From Longimicrobiales bacterium (GTDB lineage: Bacteria > Gemmatimonadota > Gemmatimonadetes > Longimicrobiales > Gaopeijiaceae), in NCBI GenBank assembly GCA_965116905.1, contig OZ220732.1:4096001-4160000 (forward strand): 64,000 nucleotides of DNA, in the 5' to 3' direction. Shown piece by piece: positions 37,502 through 48,467 of the stretch. The notes under the pieces were generated by a model, which was given only the letters and a program-made list of their open reading frames with translations, was not told the DNA's origin and searched no databases. A program made the translations under genes and the position numbers. Positions within the stretch are counted from its first letter, which is position 1. Each line of letters begins with the position of its first letter.

Positions 37502-40485
37502 GGACCGTGGCGCTCGCGCTCCTGGTTGCGGCGACCCTGCCCGCGGCCCTGACAGCGCAACAGGCCGTTGCGGGCGACGAGCTGCTGCATGCTGCCCGGC
37601 ACGGCGAGCTGGAGGCGGTCCGCGAGCTGATTGGGCGCGGTGCCCACGTGGAAGCGAAGCGGGGCGACGGGATGACCGCGCTCCACCTCGCCGCCGAACG
37701 CGGGCATGCCGGGGTGGCCCGCGCGCTCATCGACGCGGGGGCGCCGGTTGACGCTGGCACACGCATCGGCCGCTACACGCCGCTGCACCTGGCCGCCCGG
37801 GACGGACACGGCGCCGTCGTCGCACACCTGCTCGAGGCCGGCGCCGACCCCAACGCCGTGACGACGAACAGCGGCGTGACCCCGCTGCACCTGGCGGGGG
37901 GCGCGGGGGCGGGTGCCCCAGGGGCGGTGACCGCCCTGCTCGAGCACGGCGCCGACCCCAACGCCCGGGAGGGGTCGGCGGGTCAGACGCCCCTGATGTT
38001 CGCGGCGGCCGCGAACCGGACGGCCGCGGTGCAGGCGCTGCTCGAGGCCGGCGCCGACCCCGGCATCGCGACCGCCGTGGTCGACGTACTGCCCGATCTG
38101 GCGCTGGACCGTGAGGCCAACCGCCGGTTCCGCGACATCTTGGGCGCCCCACCGGAGATGCTCGGGCTCTACGGGCCCGAGATCGACCCGGAAGCGGAAC
38201 AGCAAGGCGAACCCGCTCCCGCCCACGTCCAGGCGGCCATCCTCGCGCAGCGCGACTTTCTCCGCTCCGGCTACGACGTCGGCGAAGTCACCCCGCACTC
38301 GCTCGGCCGCACGGGGGCGGACTACCCGGGTGGTCCCCGCTTCGTACGGCCCCCGTACCGCGAAGTGCTCGTCGGGCGCACCGGGGGCATGACCGCGCTG
38401 CTGCACGCTGCGCGCGAGGGTCACATCGACGCGGCAACGGCCCTCCTCGACGGCGGCGCGGACATCGACCAGGTCAGCGCGGACGCCACCAGCCCGCTCC
38501 TCATGGCCGCTCTCAACGGCCAATTCGACCTGGCGCTCATGCTCATCGAGCGCGGCGCCGACCCGGACCTCGCCGCGTCGACGGACGGCGCCACACCCCT
38601 GTTCGCCGTGCTCCAGACCCAGTGGGCGCCCAAGTCCAACTATCCACAGCCGCGCGCGCAGGACGTGCAGCAAACCGGGCACATGGACGTGCTCGGCGCC
38701 CTGCTCGAGGCCGGAGCCGACCCCAACCCACGCCTGAACACCCACCTCTGGTACTGGGAATACGGACTCACCAAGATGGGGATCGACCTCACCGGGGCGA
38801 CCCCGTTCTGGCGCGCGGCCTTCGCCCAGGATCTCGACGCGATGAAGCTCCTGGTCGCACACGGAGCGGATCCCCACATCCCGACCCGGTGGCCCGAAGT
38901 CGGGATGCGGGAGCGGCGGCAGCAGGACGGCCGGCAGCAGGAGGACTCCGCACTTCCCTGGATCCCGGAGGGCGCGGCGAACGCCTGGCCGATCCACGCA
39001 GCGGCTGGCGGCGGATACCTGGGGCTGGGCGCGTTCAGCGTACGGAACCGGCCCGACCAGTTCATTCCCGCCGTCAGGTATCTGATCGAGGAACTCGGCG
39101 CGGACGTCAACCAGCGCGACTCCTGGCTCTACACGCCCATGCACTACGCGGCCTCGCGCGGAGACAACGAACTCATCGAGTATCTCGTGTCGCAGGGTGG
39201 GGAAGTCACCGCGATCACGCGCCTGGGCCAGTCCACGGCCGACATGGCCCGAGGTGGCCGGGCCGGGTTCTTTACTCGCGTTCCGTACCCGGCAACCGTC
39301 GAACTGCTGACCGCTCTGGGTTCGACCCTGGAATGCCTCCACACGCACTTCCTGGATACCGGGGATTCCTGCCCCGGAGCGGGCGTCAACGACCCGTGGG
39401 CACCCGCCGCCGCGACGATGGGTGGGATGGATGGCGCCGTCGTGAAGGGCGGAGACGACCGCACTGGCCCGTACGATCCGGTGGCCGGCTGGTGGAAGGC
39501 CGCACCGAACCACGACGACGAGTGGGGCTGGGGTCAGGTCGCCGGCGTAGCGGTGGACCACGCGGACCGCATCATCGTCGTCACCCGCGGCGATTGGCCC
39601 GCCGACCGGTCGGTTCCCCGCGAGGGGCGGTTGCGGCGCACGAACTTCGTCGTCGTGGCCAACGGCGACGGCGAGATCGTCGAGCAGTGGGCGCAGTGGG
39701 ACTCGATCTTCACGCTCCCGCACCAGGTGTACATCAACCCCTACGACCCCGACCGGCATGTGTGGGTGATCGACAGCGGCGGCGGCCAGGGCCACATGCA
39801 GGTTGTGAAGTTCACCAACGACGGCAGCGAGATCGTCATGCGGCTGGGCGAGCGCGATCACCCGAAGACGCGCGCAGCCGCCCGCGCGCGGTTCGACTGG
39901 GGACCCCATACGTACGGCTGGCCGTCGAAGCTGGCGTTCCTCCCGGACGGGAGCTTTCTCCTTGCCGACGGATACTGGAACTCGCGGATCATCAAGTACT
40001 CCGAGGACGGCGAGTTCATCATGCAGTGGGGCGGTCTGGGCACCGGCCCGGGCGAGTTCGATCTCCTTCACGGCCTAGCGGTGGACGAGGACCGAGTCTA
40101 TGTCGCCGACCGTCAGAACGAGCGCCTGCAGCTGTTCACCCACGACGGGGACTTCATTGAGGAGTGGCCGAACATCTTTGATCCGGTGAACATCTGGCCC
40201 GACGAGAACGGCGCGGTATGGGTCCTGGACGCAAGCCTGAACCGCGTGCTGAAGTACGACCGCGACGGCGTCCTCCAGGACTACTGGGGCGCATACGGCG
40301 CGGCCGGTGCGATCGGGCGCGGGACCTGGCCGGGCGGGCTGTCGCTGCCCCACCAGATGGACATGGACGAGAACGGCGCCGTGTACATCGCATCGTACAG
40401 CGGCGGCTGGATCAACAAGTTCACGCCAAAGCCGAACGCGGACCCGGACAGGCTCATGGGGGCCAGGCTGCTGCTCACGCGTTGA
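37498..40485 (+). CDS. Exported ankyrin-repeat protein fused to an NHL/PAL-like beta-propeller
   Basis: Many TPLH/TALH repeats, then ADGYWNSRI, GTGPGEFDLLHG, VYVADRQNER. Confidence 0.85.
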   Translation: MRTVALALLVAATLPAALTAQQAVAGDELLHAARHGELEAVRELIGRGAHVEAKRGDGMTALHLAAERGHAGVARALIDAGAPVDAGTRIGRYTPLHLAARDGHGAVVAHLLEAGADPNAVTTNSGVTPLHLAGGAGAGAPGAVTALLEHGADPNAREGSAGQTPLMFAAAANRTAAVQALLEAGADPGIATAVVDVLPDLALDREANRRFRDILGAPPEMLGLYGPEIDPEAEQQGEPAPAHVQAAILAQRDFLRSGYDVGEVTPHSLGRTGADYPGGPRFVRPPYREVLVGRTGGMTALLHAAREGHIDAATALLDGGADIDQVSADATSPLLMAALNGQFDLALMLIERGADPDLAASTDGATPLFAVLQTQWAPKSNYPQPRAQDVQQTGHMDVLGALLEAGADPNPRLNTHLWYWEYGLTKMGIDLTGATPFWRAAFAQDLDAMKLLVAHGADPHIPTRWPEVGMRERRQQDGRQQEDSALPWIPEGAANAWPIHAAAGGGYLGLGAFSVRNRPDQFIPAVRYLIEELGADVNQRDSWLYTPMHYAASRGDNELIEYLVSQGGEVTAITRLGQSTADMARGGRAGFFTRVPYPATVELLTALGSTLECLHTHFLDTGDSCPGAGVNDPWAPAAATMGGMDGAVVKGGDDRTGPYDPVAGWWKAAPNHDDEWGWGQVAGVAVDHADRIIVVTRGDWPADRSVPREGRLRRTNFVVVANGDGEIVEQWAQWDSIFTLPHQVYINPYDPDRHVWVIDSGGGQGHMQVVKFTNDGSEIVMRLGERDHPKTRAAARARFDWGPHTYGWPSKLAFLPDGSFLLADGYWNSRIIKYSEDGEFIMQWGGLGTGPGEFDLLHGLAVDEDRVYVADRQNERLQLFTHDGDFIEEWPNIFDPVNIWPDENGAVWVLDASLNRVLKYDRDGVLQDYWGAYGAAGAIGRGTWPGGLSLPHQMDMDENGAVYIASYSGGWINKFTPKPNADPDRLMGARLLLTR

Positions 40486-40544
40486 CGGCCATCGCCGCCG
40501 TCGGCCGGCCATTCTGGACAGCTGACCGCGACAGGCTAGCAGCC

Positions 40545-40570
40545 GAAACCAACCCCCCGGGCGCACCGTA
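40545..40570 (+). promoter_or_regulatory. Possible ECF-sigma promoter
   Basis: GAAACC-N16-CGTA upstream of the MacA-like gene. Confidence 0.4.
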
Positions 40571-40648
40571 GTTTCCAGTGCAAAAAAAGCCCTTCGGCGG
40601 CGAATCGGCCGGTTCGCTCGTGGGCGCGACTCGGGCGGAAAGTCAATC

Positions 40649-41740
40649 ATGAAAACCGGCACCAGGATAGTTTTCGGCACAATCGTCGTCGGAGGCCTGG
40701 GAGCCTCGGCGTTCGCAGTACTGACCGCCGGGGACGGCGAGACCGAAGTGGACACGATCCCGGTGGAGAGGGGCGAGATCGTGGACCGCGCTCTCGCGGT
40801 CGGACGCATTGAACCGCTCGTCGAAGTAAGCGTGAAGTCCCAACTCGCCGGCGTCGTGCGTCGGATGTTCAAGGAACCCGGCGAATATGTCCAGCGGGGC
40901 GAGCCTCTGCTCGAGGTCCAGCCCAACCCGACACCGATCGAACTGGTCGAGGCGCGCCGCGCCATCGAATTGCGCGAAATCGAGTTGCAGCAACTCGAGA
41001 GGCGACGTGATCGGCTGGCCGAGTTGCGCGACCAGGAGCTGGCGTCGGAGGAGGAGTTCGAGGACGCAGAGTACTCGTTCAACGAAGTCTCGCTCCAGCT
41101 CCAGATCGCCCGGGAGCGCCTGGCCCTGCTCTCGGAAGGGCGCGTGACCATCGGAGACGAGGCCCTCGAGACGGTCATCCAAAGCCCCATCCAGGGCTTC
41201 ATCCTCGAAAAGATGGTGGAAATCGGAGACCCGGTCGTCCCGCTCACGACGTTCCAGGAAGGGACCGTCCTGATGACGATGGCCGAAATGGACGAACTGC
41301 TCTTCCGGGGAACGGTCGACGAAATCGATGTGGGTCGGCTGACCGAGGGAATGCCGGTCGAGGTCACGATCGGGGCGCTTCCCGACGCGCGCGTCGATGG
41401 GCGACTGATGAAGATCTCGCTTACGGGCCGCGACGAGGAGAACGCCACCATCTTTCCGGTTGAAATCGCGGTTGTACCCGCAGAGGGCACCTTGCTGAGA
41501 GCAGGTTATTCGGCCAACGCACAGGTGATCATCGAGCGCCGCTCGGACATCCTGATCATCCCGGAGCGCGTGGTCAGGTTCGAGGACGGCGGCACGTTCG
41601 TGACGGTTCGCCTGGGGCCCGAGGAAACCGAGGAACGCGAGATCAGGACAGGTCTCAGCGACGGGATCAGTATCGAGGTGCTCGAGGGCCTGACCGAGGG
41701 CGAGCGCGTCATGGAGCCCCCGCGGCGCGAGATCACCTAG
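40649..41740 (+). CDS. MacA-like efflux periplasmic adaptor
   Basis: VSVKSQLAGVV, IQSPIQG, VDEIDVG, GYSANA, TGLSDG. Confidence 0.9.
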   Translation: MKTGTRIVFGTIVVGGLGASAFAVLTAGDGETEVDTIPVERGEIVDRALAVGRIEPLVEVSVKSQLAGVVRRMFKEPGEYVQRGEPLLEVQPNPTPIELVEARRAIELREIELQQLERRRDRLAELRDQELASEEEFEDAEYSFNEVSLQLQIARERLALLSEGRVTIGDEALETVIQSPIQGFILEKMVEIGDPVVPLTTFQEGTVLMTMAEMDELLFRGTVDEIDVGRLTEGMPVEVTIGALPDARVDGRLMKISLTGRDEENATIFPVEIAVVPAEGTLLRAGYSANAQVIIERRSDILIIPERVVRFEDGGTFVTVRLGPEETEEREIRTGLSDGISIEVLEGLTEGERVMEPPRREIT

Positions 41741-41777
41741 GGCAGTCCGTGGACAAAATCCCCCCGGCACTTGACCC

Positions 41778-43010
41778 GTGAGGCTGGTCGACGCCGTCCG
41801 GCAGCTGTGGTCTGACCTCTCCGCGCAGCGTCTGCGTACGGTACTGACCGTCCTCGGGATCACCTGGGGCACCGTGGCGGTCGTCGTTCTGCTCGCTTTT
41901 TCGGTCGGCCTCGAACGGCAGACGATCAAGCGGTTTCACGGGCTGGGCGACCGGATCGTCGTGCTCTTCGGTGGACGGACCGTGCTGGCCCACGCGGGCT
42001 TCAGGGAAGGGCGAACCATCCGGTTGCGCGAAGAGGATGCCCGCATCCTCGCCCGCCAGATCCCCGACATCACGATGATCAGCCCCGAGTACTCGACGCG
42101 CGAGGCCCCCGTCCGCCGCGGCCGGAACGGAGTCAATCCCAATATCACGGGCATTCAACCCGTGTACGGCGAGATGCGGAACATCTTCCCGCTCCCGGGC
42201 GGCCGGTTCATCAACGAGCGGGATCAGGAAGAGCGGCGCCGGGTTGTGTTCCTCGGCGACGAGGTCGCGCGCGTCCTGTTTGCAGACGCAGATCCCGTCG
42301 GCGAGCAGGTCCGGATCGGGGATTCCCCATTCACCGTGATCGGTGTGCTCCAGCCCAAGATTCAGAACAGTTCCTACAACTCGCGCGACGAGGACCGGGT
42401 GTTCATTCCCGCGAGCACGCACGCGGCCCTGTTCGGCTCACGTTTCGTCTCGAATCTGGTCTACCGGACGGCGGACGCCTCGCGCACGGCGTCGGTAGAG
42501 GAGCGGGTCTACGAGGTGCTGGGCAGGAAATACCGCTTCGATCCACAGGACGAGGACGCACTTCAGGTCTGGGACACGGCCGAATGGGAGCGCATGTTCG
42601 GCTTCCTGTTCCTGGGGTTCAAGCTGTTCTTCGCGATCGTCGGCAGCTTCACGCTCAGCGTGGGAGGGATCGGGGTCGCGAACATCATGTACATCGTCGT
42701 GCAGGAGCGCACACGCGAAATCGGGATCAAGCGCTCGGTCGGCGCGACCCGACGGTCCATTCTGTGGCACTTTCTCGCGGAGAGCTTCCTCATCGTGGCT
42801 GTCGGGGCCGCGCTCGGCGTCCTTGCATCGACGGGAATCGTGAAGCTGGCGTCACTGTTCCCCACGAACGATATCGTGGGGACGCCTACGATCTCGCTCC
42901 AGGTGGCCGCCGTGACGATGGCGCTGCTCGCGTTCGTCGCCATGCTCGCCGGCCTGTTGCCCGCTCGTCGCGCTGCGGGGCTGGATCCCGTCGAATGTCT
43001 CCGTCACTAG
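41778..43010 (+). CDS. MacB/FtsX-like ABC permease
   Basis: LTVLGITWGT, GRFIN, GGIGVANIM, ERTREIGI, PARRAA. Confidence 0.9.
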   Translation: MRLVDAVRQLWSDLSAQRLRTVLTVLGITWGTVAVVVLLAFSVGLERQTIKRFHGLGDRIVVLFGGRTVLAHAGFREGRTIRLREEDARILARQIPDITMISPEYSTREAPVRRGRNGVNPNITGIQPVYGEMRNIFPLPGGRFINERDQEERRRVVFLGDEVARVLFADADPVGEQVRIGDSPFTVIGVLQPKIQNSSYNSRDEDRVFIPASTHAALFGSRFVSNLVYRTADASRTASVEERVYEVLGRKYRFDPQDEDALQVWDTAEWERMFGFLFLGFKLFFAIVGSFTLSVGGIGVANIMYIVVQERTREIGIKRSVGATRRSILWHFLAESFLIVAVGAALGVLASTGIVKLASLFPTNDIVGTPTISLQVAAVTMALLAFVAMLAGLLPARRAAGLDPVECLRH

Positions 43011-43045
43011 CACCGGGGCGCCGCGCCCACAAGGTGGAATGACCG

Positions 43046-44290
43046 ATGTGGAAGATGCTCCTCGAAGAGGTTCTCGGTGACCTGAGGGCCCACCGTACCC
43101 GCACCTTCCTCACGATTTTCGCCATGGTGTGGGGCACGATTTCGATCGTCCTGCTGCTCGCCTTCGGCCAGGGGCTGAGAAACCAGGTTTCGGAGGGCCT
43201 GCTCAATGCGGGAGAACGAATCTTCATGGTCTACGGCGGCCAGACGAGCCTGGAGCACGAGGGGCTCTCGAGTGGACGCCGGATCCGGCTGCGGGAAGAT
43301 GATCTCGACCTGGTCCTGCGTGCGATCCCGGAGTTCGAGTTCGGCAGCCCGTCCTACGGACGCAGCAGGACGCATCTCGAGGCGGGCGACAACCGGACCA
43401 CGACCTACATGGAGGGCGTGAGCCCGATCTTCTCCGAGCTTCGGCGCATGTTCCCGGCCCCCGGCGGACGGTTCATCAATCAGCGCGACATCGACCAGAG
43501 GCGGCGCGTGCTCTTCCTCGGTGACGGGATTGCGGCGCGCCTGTTCGGCGACACGCCACCCGTGGGACAGACGATCCTGCTCGACGGGCTCACCTTCCGT
43601 GTGATCGGAGTCATGGAGTCCAAGTTCCAGGACTCGAGCAACAACGGTCCGGACGAGGACCGCGCCGTGATTCCGGCCTCGACGTTCCGGAGCATCTACG
43701 GCAACGAATTCGTCAATCACCTTCTGGTGAGACCGCGCAACGTGGCCGACGCGCCGGTCGCCAAGAGCGAGCTTTACCGGGTCCTCGGCGGCCGGCACAG
43801 GTTTGATCCGGGGGACGAACGAGCGCTCGGCATCTGGGACTTTATCGAGGATGAGAAGATCGTGGGCCAGATCGGTTTCGGCATCCAGGCCTTCCTCGGG
43901 CTGGTCGGTGCCTTTACGCTGCTGGTCGCCGGGGTCGGCGTCGCGAACATCATGTACGTCGTCGTGCGTGAACGGACACGGGAGATCGGCATCAGACTCG
44001 CCGTGGGCGCGCGCCGAAGGCACATCGTCAACCAGTTCCTGTGCGAAGCAGTCCTCATTGCGGTCGGCGGGGGTCTGCTCGGACTCGCCATCGCCACACT
44101 CCTGGTGACCGGCATCGACAGCATTCCCAGCGACAACCCGGCCATGGAGTACATCCTGAACCCGAAACTCTCCCTCCCGATCGCTTCGATGTGCGTCGGA
44201 ATGCTCATGGCGATCGGGCTCGTGGCCGGAATCCTGCCCGCGCGCAAGGCGGCGCGTCTCGATCCGGTGGAGTCGCTGAGGTACGAGTGA
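43046..44290 (+). CDS. MacB/FtsX-like ABC permease
   Basis: GVGVANIM, ERTREIGIRLAVGA, PARKAARLDPVESLRYE. Confidence 0.9.
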   Translation: MWKMLLEEVLGDLRAHRTRTFLTIFAMVWGTISIVLLLAFGQGLRNQVSEGLLNAGERIFMVYGGQTSLEHEGLSSGRRIRLREDDLDLVLRAIPEFEFGSPSYGRSRTHLEAGDNRTTTYMEGVSPIFSELRRMFPAPGGRFINQRDIDQRRRVLFLGDGIAARLFGDTPPVGQTILLDGLTFRVIGVMESKFQDSSNNGPDEDRAVIPASTFRSIYGNEFVNHLLVRPRNVADAPVAKSELYRVLGGRHRFDPGDERALGIWDFIEDEKIVGQIGFGIQAFLGLVGAFTLLVAGVGVANIMYVVVRERTREIGIRLAVGARRRHIVNQFLCEAVLIAVGGGLLGLAIATLLVTGIDSIPSDNPAMEYILNPKLSLPIASMCVGMLMAIGLVAGILPARKAARLDPVESLRYE

Positions 44291-44351
44291 AGAGGGGGCG
44301 CGTGGGCCGCCGTCGTCGTTCGATTCGGTCTCCGTACCGTATTAGGGGCAA

Positions 44352-44425
<74 letters not shown>

Positions 44426-44437
44426 CAAAGGCCAGAA

Positions 44438-44466
44438 AAGCTAGAAGCGCGGGGCGATGGCTTCAA
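44438..44466 (-). promoter_or_regulatory. Sigma70-type promoter of tRNA-Ile
   Basis: TTGAAG-N17-TAGCTT. Confidence 0.6.
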
Positions 44467-44516
44467 GGGCGGCGCTGCGCGAACCCGGCTGCGGACGCCC
44501 CGGCCGACCGCGTCGG

Positions 44517-45314
44517 TCACGCATGCGGCCCCGGCGCCGGACCCTTCCATTTCACGGGCCGCGGACCCGTTCCCGGCGCGGCGACGGCGCCGACCAGCGT
44601 GCCGTCTTCGTCAAGCAGGGTGACCGCCCCGCTCTCCGTCATCCACGCCCGTGCGGCGGCACCTGCCCCCGTGATCACAATCCTGCCTCCCGGCATCAGG
44701 ACGCGCAGGGATTCCCCCCACCACCCCTCCCCCGCCCCACCCTCTGCGACCACCCCACGCGCCACGCCGTCCCGCAGCGGCAACCGCGGCCCCGTGACGA
44801 AGGCACTCACCTCGGCAGCCGCCAGCCCCCGTCCCCCCCACCCCACCACCACCACCTCGATCCCGCTCACCATCCGCGCGAGCGGCGCCGCTTCCTCGCG
44901 GCAGGAGTCCGGCACGACGATCAGCCCGGGGCCGCGGGTGACGCCCAGCGCGGCTGCCAGGCGCAGCGCCGCGTCCGCCGTGCCGGGATCTCGGTCTCCC
45001 GCAGGCGCCCCGCCGCCAGCAGGCTCGCCGGTGATGGCGTCCGGCTCGCCCGCGACGGCCGCAACGCCCTCATCCCCCCCAACCGCCCCACGCGGCTCCG
45101 GCCCATCCGGCTCCGGCCCACACGGCTCCGGCCCACGCGGCGGCGGCCTCAGGTCCCCAAATCCGCCCTCTACCGGGAAGCGGTCACGGCAGTTCGGACA
45201 GCCGAATTCGCCCTGGCGCACGCGGCGGTCGCGCACGTCGCGAGCGAGCAGCACCAGGCCGAAGGGCGGACCGCAGCGCGGGCAGACGAGGTGATCGGTG
45301 AGGACGACGTTCAC
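44517..45314 (-). CDS. Trm112-like zinc-ribbon protein with a degenerate methyltransferase-like C-terminus
   Basis: LVCPRCG...GCPNC...FPV; LPLRDG...LRVLMPGGRIVI; GTGA-coupled to the SDR gene. Confidence 0.55.
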   Translation of the reverse strand: MNVVLTDHLVCPRCGPPFGLVLLARDVRDRRVRQGEFGCPNCRDRFPVEGGFGDLRPPPRGPEPCGPEPDGPEPRGAVGGDEGVAAVAGEPDAITGEPAGGGAPAGDRDPGTADAALRLAAALGVTRGPGLIVVPDSCREEAAPLARMVSGIEVVVVGWGGRGLAAAEVSAFVTGPRLPLRDGVARGVVAEGGAGEGWWGESLRVLMPGGRIVITGAGAAARAWMTESGAVTLLDEDGTLVGAVAAPGTGPRPVKWKGPAPGPHA

Positions 45315-46018
45315 GCCCGCTCGATTCTGAGCAGCGGGACGGTCACGGAAGGGGGGAGGCCCGCCACGAAGCTGACCGCACAGGCCACGTCGCCGGCACG
45401 GAGCATCTCGCCTCGGCCGGGCAGGTGCGGGGAGGAATCCGGAGCGTGGATGTCCCAGATCGGCGTATCCACGGCGCCCGGATCCAGGAGGCACGCGCGC
45501 ACACCGGTGCCGCGAATCTCTTCCAGCAGCACCTCGTGAAACCCGCGCAGGCCGTACTTGGACGCCGAGTAGGCCGCGTTCTCCGGGAAGGCCCGCCACC
45601 CGGCCACGGATCCCACGTGGATCACCAGCCCGGACCCGGCGGCCAGCATCGCCGGCAGGAAAGCCCTCGTCACGTTGAACGCGCCCTTGAGGTTCGCGTC
45701 CAGGTTGCGATTCAGCGCGGCGTCGCTGGTGTCCGCCACCGGCGCCAGGTCGAACACGCCGGCTGCGTTGACGAGCACCGCCAACCGGCCGGCGCCGCGC
45801 TCCGCGACCGCGCGCGCCCGTTCCACCTCGGCCTCCGACGTCATGTCGAAGGGCAGCGCCACGCCACCGACGTCCGCCGCCAGCCGCTCCAGGCGCTCCC
45901 GTCGGCGGCCCCCTGCGCAGACACGGAAACCGTCAGCGGCCAGGCGCCGGACGATGGCCTCGCCGATCCCGCCTGTCGCTCCGGTGACCAGCGCGGTGCG
46001 GCCACCGCCATCATTCAC
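45311..46018 (-). CDS. Short-chain dehydrogenase/reductase
   Basis: TGATGGIG, VNAAG, YSASK. Confidence 0.9.
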   Translation of the reverse strand: MNDGGGRTALVTGATGGIGEAIVRRLAADGFRVCAGGRRRERLERLAADVGGVALPFDMTSEAEVERARAVAERGAGRLAVLVNAAGVFDLAPVADTSDAALNRNLDANLKGAFNVTRAFLPAMLAAGSGLVIHVGSVAGWRAFPENAAYSASKYGLRGFHEVLLEEIRGTGVRACLLDPGAVDTPIWDIHAPDSSPHLPGRGEMLRAGDVACAVSFVAGLPPSVTVPLLRIERA

Positions 46019-46427
46019 CCGAATACTCCACCCAGTGACGCGGGGTTTCGCGCAACACCAGCTTCTCGAGCGTCGCGGGCGGCGGGATGAGGGGCGCGAG
46101 CCGTTCCCAGATGCGCACGACGAGGTTTTCGGTGGACGGGATCAACCCCTCCAGCCACGGCACGTCCACATTGAGGTTGCGATGGTCCAGGTCGTCCAGG
46201 ATCCGGGTGTTGACCAGGTCCTTGAGCTCCTTCAGGTCCATCACGTATCCGGTCTCGGCATCCACGGGACCGGCGACCGTGACCTCGAGATCGTAGTTGT
46301 GGCCGTGCCAGTTGGGATTCGCGCAGTCGCCGAAGACGTGGCGGTTCTTCTCCTCGTCCCACTCCGGCCGGGCCAGCCGGTGCGCGGCGCTGAAGTGGAG
46401 TCGGCGGGTGATTCGCACGTCAGGCAT
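46011..46427 (-). CDS. 6-pyruvoyl/6-carboxy-tetrahydropterin synthase family (PTPS/QueD)
   Basis: FSAAHRL, CANPNWHGHNY, LDHRNLN, STENL, ETP. Confidence 0.9.
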   Translation of the reverse strand: MPDVRITRRLHFSAAHRLARPEWDEEKNRHVFGDCANPNWHGHNYDLEVTVAGPVDAETGYVMDLKELKDLVNTRILDDLDHRNLNVDVPWLEGLIPSTENLVVRIWERLAPLIPPPATLEKLVLRETPRHWVEYSGE

Positions 46428-46460
46428 GCGGGCTCCGGTGGCTGGAGGTATCCCCCTTGC

Positions 46461-46632
46461 GCTCCGTGGACAAAGCCGCCCGAGCACCGAGAACGGCGAG
46501 GCGCCGGGCCGGCAAGGCGCGACGAAGGGCCAGTAGCACCGCTACGGGCCCGAGGAGCAACGCAGAGCGAAGCGGTCCGGCACGGATGCATCGCCGTTCG
46601 AATGCCGGGGGGATTTTGTCCACGGGCTGCTA
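46461..46632. mobile_element. MITE-like structured repeat (~170 bp)
   Basis: Terminal inverted repeat CCGTGGACAAA (46464-46474) / TTTGTCCACGG (46615-46625) with internal palindromes; one end recurs at 41742-41769. Confidence 0.55.
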
Positions 46633-46670
46633 AAGCAAGGGTCGGCGCCCGCGAAGGAGCGCCGACCCCC
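46633..46670 (-). terminator. Intrinsic terminator downstream of the putative 6S RNA
   Basis: GGGTCGGCGCTC-cttcgc-GGGCGCCGACCC hairpin followed by TTGCTTT. Confidence 0.6.
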
Positions 46671-46672
46671 GT

Positions 46673-46821
46673 GTGCCGGAGGGTGTAAAGCTGAAGCCCG
46701 GGCTTAACTTTTGGTGACTCCCCCGCTGCTTTCGCAGTCCCCGTGAACGAGGCATGACGTCCACCGCGGGAGGTAGTCCCGGCTCTTCTAGTGTTGGCTC
46801 AAATACGAGGCCCTCCAGCAC
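46673..46821 (-). ncRNA. ssrS: Probable 6S RNA
   Basis: Closing stem GTGCTGGAGGG/CCCTCCGGCAC; TTGAGCCAACAC and GGGCTTCA segments; promoter TTGCGG-N17-CATATT at 46856-46828; terminator downstream. Confidence 0.6.
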
Positions 46822-46991
46822 GACCGGAATATGAGGAGCGACCGCCACCGCCGCAATAGCCCCTACGGAATCAGTCCCATTCGGACATGCGAACGCCCGC
46901 GCCACCCGCGAACGCCCGCGCCGCCCCCGCCACCCGCGCCCGCCCGTGCTACCCGCGAACGCCCGCACCACCCCGCGCCGCCCGCGCTCCG

Positions 46992-48386
<1,395 letters not shown>

Positions 48387-48467
48387 GATCGTACTCTTGT
48401 AGCAGTTCGGGTGTTGCCTGCGAATGGCCCGTGCAAGGGCCGAGTGAACCGACGAAAGATAGCAACG

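Noticed and set aside
22289..40071. Very long antisense ORFs (22289..24334, 25122..28391, 33744..35846, 37111..40071)
   Set aside because: Shadow frames of well-supported genes in high-GC DNA, with no motifs.
46885..46990. GC-rich repeats of CGCGAACGCCCGC downstream of fumC
   Set aside because: Irregular low-complexity sequence with no spacer periodicity; no function supportable.
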